Translations under genes and position numbers: made by a program | Source: an uncultured Chloroflexia bacterium | GTDB lineage: Bacteria > Chloroflexota > Anaerolineae > B4-G1 > SLSP01 | Reading direction: 5' to 3' | Assembly: GCA_963751345.1 (NCBI GenBank) | Contig: CAVVUS010000019.1 | Location: 1 to 64,000, forward strand | DNA length: 64,000 nt | In this document: positions 61,069 to 64,000 of the stretch, one piece after another | How positions within the stretch are numbered: the stretch's first letter is position 1 | How the letters are laid out: each line of letters opens with the position of its first letter | The notes under the pieces: generated by a model | Told to the model about the DNA's origin: nothing | Databases searched by the model: none | What the model saw: only the letters and a program-made list of their open reading frames with translations

Positions 61069-61118
61069 CCGGTGACGATTGACGAGTGATAGGAGACTCT
61101 CCGATCGATCGTCACGCG

Positions 61119-62432
61119 TCAATCATCATTCTTTCCGTCATCGGCCAGTCGCACAACCGCATCCGCCGCCATCCCCAGCTTGAGCACGCCATCCGGGTTC
61201 GGCACGTCGACGTCGACCGCGAAGACGAGGTTGACGCGTTGGGCCTCGGTCTGGACGTTCTCGGGCGTGAACTCCGCCTGCCCTGCGATGCTTGCCACCG
61301 TGCCCGCGAAGACGCGATCGGGGAACGTGTCGACGGTCACGGAGACCGGTTGGCCGGTGTGGATCTGCCCGATCTGGTCCTCGGGCACGTAGATGACCAG
61401 CCTCAGGTCGGTGAGATCGGCGATCGTGAGCAGGGGCGCCCCTGCGGTGGCTGACTCGCCCACCTCGGCATCGCGGGAGGTCACGACGCCGGCTATCGGC
61501 GCCGTGAGCGTGAGGTGCGCGATCTGGACGTCGAGGATGCCCACCGCAGCCTGGGCCTGCGCCACCTGCGCCTGGGCGATGGCGATCTCCTGGTCTGTCG
61601 GCCCGGCATTGAGCTCCTCGGCTTTGGCGGAGGCTGCCGCCACCTGCGCTTCGTCAAGCGCGGCCTCTGCCTCGGCCTGGTGCAGCGCCGCCTCCAACTG
61701 CAGCGGCGACCGGCGGAGGGCGTAAAGCTGCGCGAGCACGGCCTGAGCACCGTCAAGATTGGCCTGGGCCTGGTCGAGCGCCGCCTGGGATGCTGTCAAC
61801 TGCAGGTCCCACGTCCGCTTGACGTCACCGCCCTTGGTCCGCGTAGACGTCGCGCTTGAGCTGTGTGGCTGCCAGTTGCGCTCTTGCCATCTCGACGCCC
61901 TGGGCTGCCAGGTCGCGCTGGGTCCGCGCCTGCGTGATCTGCTGATCGATGGTCTGTGGTGTCGTGATGGCAGTTCGCGCATCGATGACGGCCTGCATCG
62001 CCCCGGCGTACCGCGCCTCGGCCTCGCTCTGTGCGGCCCGGGCCGCCGCGATCTCCTCGGGCCGCGTGCCCTCCTGTACCTGCTGGAGGGCGGCTTCGGC
62101 TGCCACGACGGCTGCCTCGGCCTCCGCGCGCTGCTGCTGAAGCGTGCGTGTCGTCGAGCTGCACTACCACATCGTCCGCCAGGACGTCGTCGCCATTGGC
62201 CACCAAGATGGCGGCAATCCGTCCGTCTGTGTCCGCGGCCACGGTCACTTCCGTGCCCTCAAGGAAACCCGACGCCTGGATGGTGCCGGACGAGCTGGTA
62301 TTGGCCCCGGCGCCGGTCAGTCCCGAGATGGCGGGCAATGCACTGCAGCCTGTCACGACGATCGATACCGCTGCCAGGAGGGTGAACGACAACCGCAACC
62401 CGAGTGCCCTGGTGCTCCATACGCGCTTTCAT
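61119..62432 (-). CDS. HlyD-family efflux adaptor (lipoprotein); frameshifted
   Basis: ASGFLE, coiled coil, APIAGVV, AEFTPENVQT...LVFAV, LKLGMAAD. Confidence 0.88.
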
Positions 62433-62433
62433 C

Positions 62434-63836
62434 TCAGTTCCCCTCCGTGAGGATTGTGGCCTGGGCGTACGTGCCGGGTTTGAGCACGTGGTCGGGATTG
62501 GGAATGCTCACGTCGACGCCGAAGACCAGCGAGACGCGCTCCTGCTGTGTCTGGACGTTGCGCGGTGTGAACTCGGCGTTGCTGGCGATGGCGACAACCC
62601 GACCGTCGAAGACGGTGCCCGGCGCGCTGTCGGCCTGCACCTCCACAGGCTGGCCAATGCTGACGCGCCCCAACTCGTCCTGGCGGACGTAGACGGTCAG
62701 TTTCACGTCATCGAGGTTGCCGAGCGTCAGCACGGTGGTCCCCGGCGCGACCAACTCGCCGGCGTGGCGGGCTGACGTCGAGGACGAGGCCGCCCGACCG
62801 GCGCGGCGACCGTCCCCTGTGCCTTCTGCTGTGCCAGCGTTGCGACGCCCGCCTGCGCCTCCTCGACCTGGGCGGACAGCACGGCAATCTGCGCGTCGGT
62901 GGCGCCGGCCTGCAGTGCTTCCAACTGTGCCCTGGCCTGATCCGCCCCGGCCATCGCCTGCTCGTAGCGGGCCTGCGCCGCATCGACCTGCTGCTGCAGA
63001 TCCTGCGGGTTCGCGCGCATCGCCAGCAGGTCGCGCAGCTCGGCTTTGGCGCCGTCGAGCTGCGCGGTGGCGGTGTTGAGCGCCACCCAGGCCTGCCAAT
63101 AGGCGTTGGGAATCAGGTGGAAATCCAACTGCGTCTCGATGACGGGGCGCGGCGGACGCTGATCCGCCGGGATCTTGCCCCACGCATCGAGCGCGTCCTG
63201 GATCTTCTTCTGTGCGTCGTAGAAGTCGTCGTTGGCAATCGTGGCGGCATCCTTGTTCGCCTCGGCCTGGGCCACGCCGGCCTGGGCCGAGGCGACAGTC
63301 GGCCCGTGCCCTGGCGATGGCGAGGTCGATCTCCTGTGGGTTATCGAGGATCGCCTGGGCGTCCTGCAAGTGCCTGGTAGGCACCCTCCTGTGCGGCCTC
63401 GGCCTGCTGCACGGCGGCTTCTGCCTGCCGGATCTGCTCGGGGCGGGCGCCCGCGGTGGCCTGGGCCAGTTGCGCCTCGGCCATCGTCACCTTCGCCTCG
63501 GCTGCCGCGATGGAAGCGTCCAGCAGGTCGGTGGTGAGGTGGAAGAGCGGCGTCCCGGCTGCGACGTCATCGCCCTTCGCCACTTCAACGGCGGCCAGCC
63601 GCCCGCCGATCGGCGGGCCGAGCTGTACCTCGTCGGCCTCGATAAAGCCCCACGCGACCAGGCCCTGGTCCGTGGGTTGGGCCAGTTTCAGCTCGACCAG
63701 GGTCTGGTGAACCGTCTCCTGGAACCTGCGGCGGCAGGGTGATGCTCGGCCCACGCGATATCCAGATGGCGGCCCCCGCCGCGACAAGGACGACGAGCAA
63801 AGCTGCGATAATGATGAGTCTGGGTCTGATGCGCAT
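62434..63836 (-). CDS. Second HlyD-family efflux adaptor; frameshifted
   Basis: N-terminal TM; GFIEADEV, GARPEQI, AEFTPRNVQT...LVFGV, LKPG. Confidence 0.88.
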
Positions 63837-63863
63837 ATGTGTGACTCGCTCTCTACGTTACGC

Positions 63864-63904
63864 TGTCTGAATCACGGATTCGATGCAAATCTGTGATTCA
63901 GACA
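63864..63904. repeat. 17-bp inverted repeat overlapping the upstream gene's stop codon
   Basis: TGTCTGAATCACGGATT-CGATGCA-AATCTGTGATTCAGACA, one G-T pair. Confidence 0.7.
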
Positions 63905-64000
63905 TCTTCCTGCATCTTCGCAATGAAATACGTCCTCCAGCGACGGGCGGATCGACCTCAACCGACGAGGTCGCGATGCCCGCATCGACCAGGGCTCGGC
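63898..64000 (-). CDS. 3' end of a probable ABC transporter ATP-binding protein (partial)
   Basis: Minus strand encodes IRPSLEDVF, typical of ABC-2 ATPase C-termini; upstream of two HlyD genes. Confidence 0.6.

Overview
GC-rich bacterial chromosomal segment. Gene content (BTAD-ATPase-TPR regulator, URO-D-family proteins, tungsten-AOR-type oxidoreductase, GT-C glycosyltransferase, GntR-SBP fusion) suggests an anaerobic Chloroflexota/Anaerolineae-like organism; this is inference. About half of the ~50 genes are broken by 1-bp frameshifts, most simply explained as uncorrected long-read errors. The window holds a sugar-catabolic cluster (3.6-16.5 kb), an ECF sigma/anti-sigma unit, a split transketolase + FGGY kinase cluster resembling the D-apiose transketolase pathway (33-40 kb), secreted enzymes, a two-component system and an ABC/HlyD export operon. 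The standout is at 22.2-24.8 kb: an intact REP-associated HUH/Y1 tyrosine transposase (RAYT) next to a ~1.27-kb array of eight ~164-bp units. Each full unit carries two oppositely oriented hairpins preceded by a GTTC tetranucleotide rather than the usual GTAG. A covarying copy of the same doublet lies 14.7 kb away (8154-8225). The array is followed by a LexA-type box (GAAC-N4-GTTC) and an XRE-like regulator. Several other unrelated palindromic repeat families occupy intergenic regions. No rRNA, tRNA or CRISPR array was recognised.
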